Source: Dictyostelium discoideum (Eukaryota). From it: a stretch of 64,000 nt of DNA. Shown here piece by piece: positions 23,101-37,722 of this stretch. The first letter of the stretch is position 1. Each line of letters starts with the position of its first letter. Location of the stretch: NCBI GenBank assembly GCA_000004695.1, contig CM000154.2:4608001-4672000 (forward strand), in the 5' to 3' direction. Below the pieces are notes generated by a model. That model saw only the letters and a program-made list of their open reading frames with translations. It was not told the origin of the DNA and ran no database searches. Position numbers and translations under genes: made by a program.

Positions 23101-25774
23101 TCACCAATTTTTACAACCAAACCATATCTACTATCAGTTGCTTGTAAAAAGTTTTCACCAGTAACAGTAATTAATGAATTATATTTTGGATTTGTAGCAG
23201 AGTAAGTAATTTTAGTTACAGTTGGAATTGGGAATTTGAAGTAATATAATATATTTCTTGGATATAATGATTCGTAAATATTTTTGGAATATTCATTATA
23301 AATTTTAATTCTTTTATTTTGAAGACCGATAGTTAATGAACTTAATCTAAAGATAATTCTACATGTTCCGTTAGTGTATCTTTGGATGGAATTAAAACTA
23401 GCTTGACTTGAACCAACATATGCAAAAAGTGTATTGGTACTTGTTGGACAAAATCTGGCATTGACAGTAATCTCTTGTGATTTTACAGTAACGTCATCAA
23501 CAATTGGACCAATTGGACATGAATTAATGATTTTTCCACTTTGGAAATCTTGAATTGAAGATTCAATGAATGAACAAATCTTAAAATTTACAAAAACCAT
23601 TGATAAACCAAAAGATGAATTGGTTTTTGAAGGAGCGAAATAAGTATCAAAATTTGTATAACTTTTTCTGGTTGAATTGTTTTTCAATGCTAATTTAAAT
23701 AAATCAGAAGTAATTTGTTTTATATCGTCAAATGAATTCTTTGGTTTAACTTCTGTGGATGTATATGTACAAACATAATGACGAGTTGTTGAATCTACAT
23801 ATTTTGAAAGAATATTAATTTTTGAAACAACATTTGTAAGTTTTAAATATTCATAGAATTGACCTGATCTCCAATTTCCAATAATTGGATTATCAATCCA
23901 TCTTTTTTCAAAGAATTTAATAACTTTGGCAAATGTGGTAGTATTATATTTTATTAATTCATTTGGACAAACACCAATTGTTAAAAGAGTACTATTTAAA
24001 TCATTTTTAGTATTTAATAAATTTAAATCCTATTTTTTTTTATAAAAAAAAAAAAAAATAAAAAATAAATATTAATATGATATATATTTTTAATATTAAA
24101 ATAAAAATATTTTTTAAAAAAAAAAAAAAAACTTACATTTTGGGTAATACCAGTACAATTATAACGGCAATAATCTCTTGATGGACAATTTCTAATTGTT
24201 TCTGTAGTGAATGCATTTGCAAGTGTGGTTTCTAAAAAGGCACAAGTTTTGTTATTGATAGAGATAATAGTAAGACCTAATGCTGATGGACTTGATGGGT
24301 GTGGTGTGTGTGTAACCGTTAAACCTCTATCTACTTGTCTGTGAATTGATTGATTAGCAAACTTTCTAAGATCTATTGATTGATCTAAAATACTTGAAAA
24401 TGTTTTAAATTTGCCAGTGGAAGATATGTAGCTACAATAATTATTATTTGTTTTAGTGACAAATTTTGAAAGGATTTGTTTGGTAATTGTGGAATTGGTG
24501 AATAGGAGATTATAGAATTGGCCAGTAGTCCAATCATTTGGTATTTTGTTGTCATACCAATATTGTGAAAATAATGTTGATAATTGAATATCTGTGTAGT
24601 TTGATTGGAATTCACCACCACAAACGCCTCCTGAAAGAAGAACATGAGTGATTGAATTAAATGTATAAGCTCTTTGAGGTGTTCTACAGGTGTACTCACA
24701 TGGATTTTTAAGGGCTGGATTATTGGGGTAAATTTGTGAGAATGTTTTAGTGCATGCATGTTCTGAATACACCCCAATATAAATTTCTGCACTTGATTTT
24801 GATATACTATAAATACGGAATGGATATAAAGTATTACATCTTAATTGTAATGTAAACTTTCTATTTGTTGTGCCAGTATAAGTGTGTATTATATCTATTC
24901 CAGATGATTGATATCTAAATTGTTGAGATTCAACGCTACCATATGGAATGGTTAAATTCATACATGATTGATATGCAACACCTGAGATCATACATTGATG
25001 CGTGTTTCCACCCATATTAAAATAAATCTAAATAAATAAAAAAAATAAAAAAAAAATAAAAAAAAACGAATGGATTTAGTAAATTTTTAATTTTAGTTTT
25101 AATTTTTTTTTTTTTTTTTTTTTTTTTTATAAGATTTAACTTACTGTATCATATTCATATTTATATATGTAATTACCTGATGAAATACTTTAAAATAAAA
25201 TAATAAAAACGTTAATATTTGTTATTTTTTAAAGGGGAAAAAAAAATATAGAAATTATTTACTTACGTTTTGAGAGGTCTCAAATCAATATAGTTATCGA
25301 GTAATACGTTATGATAGAGAGCTGAAACAGTTTGTTGACAAGCATATTTGGATTGAATATTTAAATTGTATGTACACATTGGATTTTCACTGTATGATGT
25401 AACTTTATAATTTTCAGTTTTGTTGCATGTGAATGAAAGTTTGAGTGTTCTTTTATAACCTGATGAGGGACAATCACTATGAGTAGTAAGACCATATGAT
25501 TTGATTGATAAACTATTAGCTGAATATTGATAATATTGTGTTTTTCCAAGTGGATAAGTATTTCTATTGGAACTTAATATTTGACAAGCAAAATTATCAG
25601 CTCCACAAGAAATAGGTTGAATTCCGAAATTATGATAATAAGAAGAATCATAATTACCAAATGTTAGACCACGGTATTCAATTGAACCATTTCTTTTTAA
25701 AATAAATAAATAAAATTATTAATAAATAAAATTAAGTAATAAATAACTAATAATAAATAAATAACCAATAATAA

Positions 25775-25825
<51 letters not shown>

Positions 25826-27505
25826 TACATTGTTCTATTTTGTAATGGTGAAAAATCAAATACTTGACCATAAAAAGTACTACTGGAAGTAGGATTACTT
25901 CCAAAGTATTCATAATATGCTAACGGACATGCATTTTTGGATGATGCATAGATTGTTTGATTGCAAATAGAGTTATTAACAGTGGTTAAGACGGTGAATT
26001 CAGTATTGGAGCATCTAATATATACCTTTATCTCTGGTTTGGTTGTACAAATGGTAGGGGTAGATGATGAATTAAATGAAATTAAAATATTGTTTGATGT
26101 GTTACTACTTGCAATAAATGGTACTTTGGATACTGTTGGTTTATCAAAGAATGGAATAGTTGTTTTTCCAAGTCCTAAAATAAGACAACCATAATACTTT
26201 CCACTTAATCCTGAGAATTTATTACATACATCAACAGTACCACCACCGAAATTGAAAAGGAATCTATTGAGCTCTAGAGCTGACGAATATGGATTTGATG
26301 ATGATGTTCTTTAATAATTTTTTTTTTATCAGTAAAATAAAACGAATAAAAGAAAATAATAATAATAATAATAAAATACATACAATTTCAATGATCTTAA
26401 ATCATATTGATTGCCACCAAATAAGTATTTGTTTTCAATTGGACAAGCAAATTTAGTGGAGATTTGAACATCGTAGACACATGTTGAACTTTCCACAAAG
26501 CCTTTAATTGCATAGTTTTGAGTTGTATCACAAGTTAAAATAAAGTTACTTATTCTATGATAACCAGTTTGATTGGTACACTTGGTACTATCGATTTTTC
26601 CTGATTGGTATTGAATTGTTAAACCTTTATCAAAGAATTGGACATGACTGAATAGAGTAATACCAGTTGGATACCTTGTGCCATTGACTGAAACACATGA
26701 TTGAATTGGACCCTCACCAGCTGTAGCAGTACATAAAGTTGATGTTTCACAAAGACCAAAATAAAAAATGTTGCTACCATTTGTTGTAGTAAATTGTGAT
26801 GATCCTAAAACACTATTATAATGGAAATATTGAGATTAATTTAATTTAATTTTTTAAAAATTTAAAATAAATAGGTTAGATAATAAAATAATGATAAATT
26901 AAAATAAAAATAAAATAAAAGAATACATACTTTGAAGTTGGTGATAAATCGAAAAATCTATTTTTAGAATCTTGGAAAACACATCTATTTTTAGAATCTT
27001 TAGTATGTGGACTTTCCACTCTAGCATTTTGAATGAAATCATCGTAGTTTGTATCAGAGTATGTATAAACATAATTGTAAAGACTATAAAATGGAATGGT
27101 TTTTGGATTTCCAACTTCTACAGGTAATAATGATTGAATAGAATTAACTTGGTCTTCCAATACACCAATTGAAGCACGAGAGGATATATCGATTGTCTTT
27201 GATTGAGCAGAGGTTGAATTTGATTCGAGTGATGATGTTTTTGGTGCAATGAATTGACAATTACTTTCAAAGAAACACAAATAATTTGAATTTAACGATT
27301 GATAAATCATTGGTTTTTTATCATTATTGGCTGCATTTAATAACTCTATGAAATATGTTTTGAAATCATAAACATTTTCATTATTACTTAACACATCAAT
27401 TAAAAATGATACACTTGATTCTTTAAAACCTTCTAATTCATATAAATCATAAAAGAATGATGTTATTGAAGAGCTGTAATATGAGGCGTTACTTTTAGAT
27501 TTTCT

Positions 27506-27550
<45 letters not shown>

Positions 27551-28495
27551 GAGTTAGATATTTTCCTTTATTTTTTTAAAAAAAAAAAATGCAATAAAAA
27601 CCCAAAAATATCTTACATTAAATTTTTCAAATCATAAAAAACATTTGCATTCTCGTTATAAAGAAAAGACGAATTTGATTGTTGTTTTGTGTGGGAATTC
27701 TAAAAATAAAAAAAAAAAAAATAAAAAAATAAAAAAAAAAAAAAAAAAAATTGATGGTTAGAAAAAAGAAAAAAAAAAAAGAGGTTGGGAAGTTGTTACC
27801 TTTTTGATTGAGATTTGTAAAAAATTTAGAAAACCTTTTAAAAATGAAAGGGTTTGAGTTTGTTCGGGCTTGTTTTCAAAATCATTGTATCCATATAAAT
27901 TTTTTTCGTTTTCATTATATAACGATGGTTTTAAATTTTTAATTATTTGGTGAGAAATTGATTTATAAATATTTTCAAAATTACCATTACCCAGTTTAAT
28001 TGGAAGTGTGTTGATATTATTTAAAATTGCTACTGAATTATTAATTTTAACATTAATATCCCCAATAATTGATTTAAATATTGATAATGATTTAATTTGT
28101 TGTAACTCTTTATATAATATTATATAATTATTATTATTACTGTTTAAATAGTATCGTTGATTTGTTTGATTAAATAATAAATCAAAACTAATAGTTTTAT
28201 TATTTTCAATAATTGAAATATTATTAATTTTATCTTCAAAATATAATTTATTTGGCTTAAATATTGAATCATCAAAACTAATTATACTACTTCCATTAGT
28301 AGTTGTATTAATTTTAATTAAATCATTCTTATTTTCCAATGTTACTTTTGAATTTGGTAAATCATAATTATTAAAAAGTGATAAATAACTTATTAAAAAA
28401 TTATTTGGTTGGATTATTACCTTTTTATTTTCAATCGCACCAAAAATGGATTGAATGAAATAAAATGAAATAAATATTAATAAAATTTTTTTCAT
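20184..28495 (-). CDS. Large multi-exon type I membrane protein with a signal peptide, three or more MRH-like domains, IPT/TIG repeats, a TM segment and a Cys-rich C-terminal domain.
   Basis: Exon ORFs at 27758-28495 (signal peptide MKKILLIFISFYFIQSIFGA), 26940-27394, 26386-26828, 25826-26300, 25271-25700, 24135-25015, 23027-24030 and 20184-22875, linked by GTAAGT/GTATGT donors and AG acceptors with consistent phases. MRH signature C.Y.(L/V).I.(S/T)..AC occurs at CTYNLNIQSKYAC and CVYDVQISTKFAC. IPT-like segments ITVTGENF and NITGFNF are present. The hydrophobic segment is IVIFIVIGLAALVAAALLAS. Confidence 0.6.
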
Positions 28496-28526
28496 TTTTA
28501 TTTGTTTTTGATATCTTACTTTTTAT

Positions 28527-28539
<13 letters not shown>

Positions 28540-28606
<67 letters not shown>

Positions 28607-29081
28607 AATAAAATAAAATAAAATTAAATAAAATAAAATGTTCAAAATTTTTTAGAATAAATCATGATTGGTTTGGTATTTTTAGCATCAAAAGATATTT
28701 CAAAGAAAAAAAAAAATAAAAAAAATGAATTGATATACACCAAGATTTTGCTCGTTTTTTTTTAAAAATTTTGAAACGATATACACTAAAATATTGAACA
28801 TTCAAGAAAAAAAATTATTTTAAATAATTTTAAATAAATAAAAAAAAACAATCAATATTTTAATGTTTACTATGAAGCATTAAAAAAACGCCATCAATAT
28901 TTTAGTGTATATTGTTTAAAATTTTTTAAAAAAAAACGAGCAAAATCTTGTTTTAAATCAATTTTTTTTATTTTTTTTTTTTCTTTGAAATATCTTTTGA
29001 TGCTAAAAATACCAAACCAATCATGATTTATTCTAAAAAATTTTGAACATTTTATTTTATTTAATTTTATTTTATTTTATT

Positions 29082-29131
<50 letters not shown>
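28540..29131. repeat. Near-perfect palindrome (foldback) of about 590 bp in the divergent intergenic region.
   Basis: 28605-28707 is the exact reverse complement of 28982-29084 (103/103). The inner arms at 28708-28830 and 28861-28980 are imperfectly complementary around a loop near 28845. The flanks are poly(A) at 28540-28604 and poly(T) at 29085-29131. Confidence 0.85.
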
Positions 29132-29142
<11 letters not shown>

Positions 29143-29183
29143 GCAAGAAACGATTAATTAAATAATTAAATAAATATTAAAGA

Positions 29184-31849
<2,666 letters not shown>

Positions 31850-32150
31850 AAAATTAATAATCAAAAAAAAAAACACTGTTTTTAAAAAAAAAAATAATAA
31901 AAAAAAAAATCTAAAAAATTATTGTGCGTTTTTAGCAAATTAATCATAAAAAAAAAAATTAAAAAAATTCACCCAAGTCGAACAAAAAAAAAATAAAAAA
32001 AATGAAAAAAGGGTTTAAAATATTGAAAAACTTTCTAAGTTAATTATTATGAATATTTATTTGTTTTTAATTTTAAAAAATTTAAAACTACACAATAAAA
32101 ATTTTTATACTAAAATTTCTTTGAAAATAAAAAAAAATTTATTTATTTTA

Positions 32151-32216
<66 letters not shown>

Positions 32217-32232
32217 AGTTTTATTATTTATT

Positions 32233-32391
32233 TTATAAACAAATTACCTTTGGATGAAAGGAACAACTCAAACAAATTTTTAATTTTTTAGGATATCCTG
32301 GGCATGGTTGGCATGGTGTAGCACCCCTTCTTTTTTGGCTGGTGCAATTGCTATTGAGTTTGTGATTACAATATAGTTTGATTGAGTCCAT
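32233..32391 (-). CDS. Candidate small Cys-rich ORF of 52 aa (MDSIKLYCNHKLNSNCTSQKRRGATPCQPCPGYPKKLKICLSCSFHPKVICL).
   Basis: ATG-initiated ORF in an otherwise non-coding interval, locally GC-richer than its surroundings. It contains a CxxC-type Cys pattern, and the RRxxPCxPxCxxCxG segment resembles the C-terminus of the ORF at 62841-63197. Confidence 0.25.
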   Translation of the reverse strand: MDSIKLYCNHKLNSNCTSQKRRGATPCQPCPGYPKKLKICLSCSFHPKVICL

Positions 32392-32949
32392 TATAAAATT
32401 GAGGTATGTTTAAATATATAAACGAAAATGATATTAATAAATATTAAATAAATAATAAATAAATAAAATAAATATGAAAAGAAAAAAAAAATAATAGATA
32501 AATAAAATATGAGTGAATAAAATAATTAAAGTTAAAAAAAAAAAAAATCTATTTAAATACTTAAAATATTTCATTGCAACCGAGTTAATATATTTTTGAT
32601 CAAAGATTTTGTTTTTATTTTATTTTATTTTTCTTTTTTTAATTTATTATAATTTGATTTTTTTTTTTTAATTTTCTTTTTATTTGAAAAAAAGGGGAAA
32701 TGTTTTACAGTTAAAAAAAAAAAAATTCACTCATTATTTTAACCAACTATAAATAAAATGAAATACAATTGTTCATTTATAAAAACTATGGCCATTATAA
32801 TATTAAACCATCACATCTATATTTTTGGTTAAAATCAAATGATCATTTTTTATTTTAAATAAAAAAAACCACTTTTAGTTTATAATAATAAAAACAATTT
32901 AAAAAACATAATTAATAAAACCAAAATAATAATATAATTAATTATACAT

Positions 32950-33235
32950 ATAATAGTAATAGAAATAGAAATATTAATATCAATAGTTATAGCAATAGCT
33001 ATATAGTAGTAATGGTAATAGTAATAATAGTAATAATAGTAATAGCAATAGCATTATAGTAGTAATAATAGTAATAATAGTAATAACAGTAATAGCAAGA
33101 GCAATATAGTAATAATAGTAATAATAGTAATAACAGTAATAGCAATAGCAATATAGTAGTAATAATAGTAACAATAGTGATAGCAATAGCAATATAGTAG
33201 TAATAATAGTATTAATAGCAATAATATAATGAAAC
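32950..33235. repeat. Minisatellite of degenerate 12/24-nt AGTAATAATAGT / AGCAATAGCAAT units.
   Basis: Visible tandem periodicity 'agtaataatagtaataacagtaatagcaatagcaatat' repeated at least 8 times. The ORF at 32980-33255 is its translation artefact. Confidence 0.75.
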
Positions 33236-33314
33236 CTAAAAGAATGAATGCTCATTTTCTTCTAGAGGTATTATATTTTATTATTTTACATTGAATATAA
33301 ATATTTGTACTAAA

Positions 33315-33345
<31 letters not shown>

Positions 33346-33479
33346 AATTTTTTTTTTTTAATATTTGTCTTTCTTTCCATCCTTTCCACAATTAACATTA
33401 TAAGGTAATTATATAACTATTTATTAATTTTTTATTTATTTTTTATTACAAAATAAATAATTAAAACTAATAAAGTTTT

Positions 33480-33790
33480 TTATTAGAATTAAGGATATCT
33501 AAAGACGTTGGACCAATTGGAGAGCCGGTTTATGTTACTAATAGCACCAGCATTTCTGAGACCTACATGGGTTTTTCACCATCTGTTTGGATGATTGTTT
33601 GTATAAAATCCGTGATAAAACCAATAATACAGAAGACTTCTTTCAATATGTTAGAGAACTTTTGGAAAGTGGATTTTGCAAGCCTGGTTTATTATTGGTA
33701 ATGGACAATGCTCCAATTCACGGTGGTATCGTGGCTTTAAATGCACTATTTGAATTGTTTAATCAATATTCGGTTCAATTGATATTTCTG
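33480..33790 (+). mobile_element. Remnant of a DDE transposase of the Tc1/mariner/IS630 superfamily.
   Basis: The translated peptide GFCKPGLLLVMDNAPIHGGIVALNALFELFNQYSVQLIFL carries the (L)VMDNAPIH motif typical of the DDE_3 third catalytic region. The upstream reading frame is broken by stops, and no terminal inverted repeats are evident. Confidence 0.4.
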
Positions 33791-33819
33791 AAAAAAAAAG
33801 AAATCAATACCAAAAGGTG

Positions 33820-33851
<32 letters not shown>

Positions 33852-33959
33852 ATCACCCATATGGTATCTGTATTGTTTATGGATTGATTTAAAATTTGTG
33901 GAAAATCTTTGACCTTAAGATTCTATTTTAATTTCCAAAAAAAAAGTAATATCAAATTG

Positions 33960-34310
33960 AATTTTTAAATGACAAATGATAGTATTTTATTTTTTAATTG
34001 TAAATTATTCTTTTTCAATACAAACTTTAACTAAATAAATCAATTTCATTTAAAGTTTGTAATATTGAACAAAACAAATGGGAATTAAAAAATGAATTTA
34101 ATGTTGATGATTTTTTAAAAAATGAATTATTAAAGTCATATTGACTCTTCATGTGATTTAATAATAAAAAACCAGTCTCTGGCTCATTACCAAAATTTGG
34201 CTTTTTTTTTATCCAATATTTTTGAACCAAAATGGTATGAATAAATTGTACTATTATACTGATTTTAACCTTGAATAAATTGGATTGGAGCTGATACAAA
34301 ACCATTTAAA
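33960..34310. pseudogene. Mosaic of gene fragments: the 3' end of the MRH/IPT gene plus N- and C-terminal fragments of the multigene family.
   Basis: 33960-34030 resembles 20150-20215 ('ttattctttttcaatacaaactttaact'). 34040-34140 on the plus strand encodes KVCNIEQNKWELKNEFNVDDFLKNELLK, the N-terminus of the family. 34200-34300 resembles the minus-strand C-terminal region of the family. Confidence 0.45.
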
Positions 34311-34550
34311 TGATAGTTTTATTTTGGTTTGAGATCTTTTTTTATTTTTTTTTTATTTGGTTTGTATTTTAAACTTAATTTTTTTATGATTTTTTTTTTT
34401 TATTTTTTTTTTCTTAATTTTTAAGTGATTTTTTTTATTTTATTTTTTTTTTTAATTTTGATGGTGGTTATACATTCTCATATAAAAAATTTCATACCAA
34501 AAAATTTCAAAAATAACTTTTTTTTTTTCAATCAACATAATTACAAAACA

Positions 34551-35429
34551 ATGATATCCAATCAAAATACAATAAATAATATTGATAATAATAAAAAGTG
34601 TACACTTCACCCAAACAAAGATATAGTATTCTTTTGTTTGGATTGTAAATTAATACCATGTTGTATTCAATGTACATCAAGTAAAGGTGAACACCATGGT
34701 CATAGAACTGATACATTAGAATCAACATCAAATATTCTTTCATTAATGAATAATTTTAAAAATGATGTATATCAAAAAGTAGTTGAAAGAATAGAAAATA
34801 ATAAAACAATATTAAAACAATCAAATGATAAATACAATGATATTCAATCACAATTTGATATTAATAATAGTTTATTAAAAAGAGAAATTAGAAAAATTCA
34901 TGATATCATTTCATTCATAGAATTAGATATTAAAAAACAATTAGAAACAACCTATGAAAATAATACATTAATAAATACAATTATAACTTCTTCAACCAAT
35001 AATGATAATGAAATACTTTCAAAAATAATTAATAATAAAAATAAAAATAAAAATGAAAATGAAAATGAAAATGAAAATGAAAATGAAAATGAAAATGAAA
35101 ATAATATTACAATCATTGAAAAATTAAATCAAATTTTAACTATTAATGATCCACAACTTTATGATGTTGGAGATGATTTTGTTATTGATAGAGATACTAT
35201 TAAAATTATTAAACAATATCAACAATCATTAATAGTATTGAATAATAATAATAGTAATATTGATAATTCAAATAAATTAAATGAATACGATAATCAAATC
35301 ATTCATTTCCATTATCAAATAATTGATGATATTAAAAATAAATTAAAATCAATTTATACATTAAATAATTGTACATTTAAAATTGAAATCGATGAAAATA
35401 ATAATAGATTTTTTAAATGTAAGCTTTAA
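34551..35429 (+). CDS. B-box zinc-finger / coiled-coil protein.
   Basis: CTLHPNKDIVFFCLDCKLIPCCIQCTSSKGEHHGHRTDTLE is a B-box-type C/H cluster, followed by a predicted coiled coil. An internal (GAAAAT)n repeat encodes (NE)n. The likely start is the ATG at 34551, since the upstream part of the listed ORF is poly-F low complexity. Confidence 0.6.
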   Translation: MISNQNTINNIDNNKKCTLHPNKDIVFFCLDCKLIPCCIQCTSSKGEHHGHRTDTLESTSNILSLMNNFKNDVYQKVVERIENNKTILKQSNDKYNDIQSQFDINNSLLKREIRKIHDIISFIELDIKKQLETTYENNTLINTIITSSTNNDNEILSKIINNKNKNKNENENENENENENENENNITIIEKLNQILTINDPQLYDVGDDFVIDRDTIKIIKQYQQSLIVLNNNNSNIDNSNKLNEYDNQIIHFHYQIIDDIKNKLKSIYTLNNCTFKIEIDENNNRFFKCKL

Positions 35430-35589
35430 ACAGTTTTTTTTTTATAAATGATATTCACATTACTAACTTTCAAATATAGGGTAATTTAAAGTTTTTTATT
35501 TATAAAAAGGGTGATGTTCTTAAACCCAACGAAATTAAATGAATAGCATTCGAAGACAATTTTAATATTTTATCAAAATTATAAAAAAA

Positions 35590-36192
35590 TCAATTACCAC
35601 CAACTGTAATGCTATTGGATGGATTCAATCAAAAATTAACACCAGGTATATTACCGGATGGTGTTGAATCATTGTATTTGGGTAATATTAAACAAAAATT
35701 AATTATTGGCTCAATTCCTAATACTGTAACTCATGTCTTTTTAAAAGATGGATCAATTGAATATTATCACCAGGTATATTACCAGATGGTGTTGAATCGT
35801 TGTATTTAGGTGATATTAAACATCAATTAATAATTTGTTCAATTCCTAATACTGTAACTTATGTCTCTTTAAAAGATGGATTCAATCAAAAATTAATAAC
35901 AGGTATATTGCCAGATGGTATTGAATGGTTGGGTTTAGGTGACATAAAACAAGAATTAATAATTGGTTCAATTCCTAATACTGTAAAGAGTGTCTCTTTA
36001 AAAGATGGATTCAATCAAATATTATCACCAGGTATATTACCAGATGGTGTTGAATCGTTGGGTTTAGGTGATATAAAACATGAATTAATTATTGGTTCAA
36101 TTCCCAGTACTGTAAAGGAAGTATATGTTTCCAATGGCTTTAAACATCAAATTGAACCTTATTTTTCAGAAAATGTAAACATAATTAAATAG
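35590..36192 (+). pseudogene. FNIP-repeat protein gene, frameshifted and lacking an evident start.
   Basis: Four or five FNIP repeats (GFNQKLTPGILPDGVESLYLGNIKQKLIIGSIPNTVTHVFLKDG). The frames 35609-35809 and 35800-36192 differ because of a small deletion at about 35757-35770 ('ggatcaattgaatattatcacc' versus 'ggattcaatcaaatattatcacc'). Confidence 0.5.
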
Positions 36193-36528
36193 AAAAATAA
36201 TATTTGGTTAAATTAAACAATTTCAATAAAAAAGATAATAAAAACAAAATTATAACTTCACAACTATATAATATTCCTTTTTTTAATAATTTCTTTTTTT
36301 AACCATCATCTGTTGAATAATAAAAAAATAAGCAAACTAAATAATATGTTGGATTTTAAACATTTTAAACTACTATATAAAGAAATAACTGGTGCCACAA
36401 CAAAAACACCAAAAAAAGAGGCAACGTTGAATACAATTTTAGAAAATCAAGAATATTCAAAAAATACATAGGTTAATCGATCTAAAAAAAAAGAAAAAAA
36501 AAAGGTCTAATTAAATTTAATTTTATTT

Positions 36529-37722
36529 TCATAAAAGTTTAGCAATAATAAACCAATCTAATGATGGTATTAATTTTGAATTATTATCTAAAAGTTTTGA
36601 ACCGAAATGACCTGAATAAATTATACTATTATATTCTTGATCTAAATCTTTGAGTAAAACTGGACATGATACAAATCCATTTGGAATTGAATCAGCATTA
36701 ACTCTTGGCCATGGAAAATCCTCTTCTTCCTCAAAAGAATATGATTCTGTATATTCATCATCATTATATTTACCATCATTATCGAATACACAAAAAGTAG
36801 CTAACCAGCCTGTTAAAACATTGCCACCAGATTGTTCTCTATAATCTACTATCTGATTCCACCAAGTTGTATCAGGATTCCCATTTACAGAATCAATGAA
36901 TTTATCAATCACTGGTAATAAATAAACTAACCATTTTTTAATTTCACCATTTTTATTATCGAATTGAATTAATTTTTCAACTCTTTCTTTTAAATTTATC
37001 CAATCATTAATTTCACCTAATAATGTTACTTCTGAAAGGCCACAATATGTTTTAAAAACAAAATTAAAATATTTCTTCATTGTTGACATTAATGCAATTG
37101 AAAATACAACTTTATCAGATTCTGTCGTAGTTGTAAAATCTGGTATAATTAAATCTTTAATTGATGGATCTTTAATATTTGATTGAATTTGATTTGACAT
37201 TTCAATGGTTAATTTATCAAAAGGTGCTTCTAATATTGGATATACTGTCTCAACTATTAATTCTTTTTTACCAGTAAAATCTACAAATTTTTCACGTAAT
37301 TCTTCAGAGTTTTTATTTACGTAGAATGATAGTTGAGTTAATATTGCCATCCAGATATTATCAGGACGTAGTACTAAATGATTGTGATTATTATAACTTT
37401 CCCAAGCAGAGTATACGAAACTATTTGAACCAAAACATGCTAAATCATCATTAATAATACTTGTTTGCAATACTTTAACTCCTATATCAATTCCATTTTT
37501 TAATGATGGATCCATTGTTTTAAAAGATTCAGCATTTAAAAAATCATTAACTTTAAATTTACCATTAATTTCCCATTTATTTTGCTCAATATTACAAACT
37601 TTAAATGAAATTGATTTATTAATTTCATCTCTTTTAATTTTAGAATTGTATTTAATTACTTTTGAATCATTGTTAACAAAACCACTATGACTTCTTACTC
37701 TATAATTAAAAATAGTATTCAT
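36529..37722 (-). CDS. Uncharacterised multigene-family protein, copy 2.
   Basis: 397-aa intronless ORF sharing the conserved core with 16322-17596. Confidence 0.7.
   Translation of the reverse strand: MNTIFNYRVRSHSGFVNNDSKVIKYNSKIKRDEINKSISFKVCNIEQNKWEINGKFKVNDFLNAESFKTMDPSLKNGIDIGVKVLQTSIINDDLACFGSNSFVYSAWESYNNHNHLVLRPDNIWMAILTQLSFYVNKNSEELREKFVDFTGKKELIVETVYPILEAPFDKLTIEMSNQIQSNIKDPSIKDLIIPDFTTTTESDKVVFSIALMSTMKKYFNFVFKTYCGLSEVTLLGEINDWINLKERVEKLIQFDNKNGEIKKWLVYLLPVIDKFIDSVNGNPDTTWWNQIVDYREQSGGNVLTGWLATFCVFDNDGKYNDDEYTESYSFEEEEDFPWPRVNADSIPNGFVSCPVLLKDLDQEYNSIIYSGHFGSKLLDNNSKLIPSLDWFIIAKLL

Noticed and set aside
25361-25549. 62-aa minus-strand ORF.
   Set aside because: It is an out-of-frame shadow overlapping the MRH-domain exon at 25271-25700. 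The real frame is the one carrying LKLSFTCNKTENYKVTSYSENPMCTYNLNIQSKYAC.
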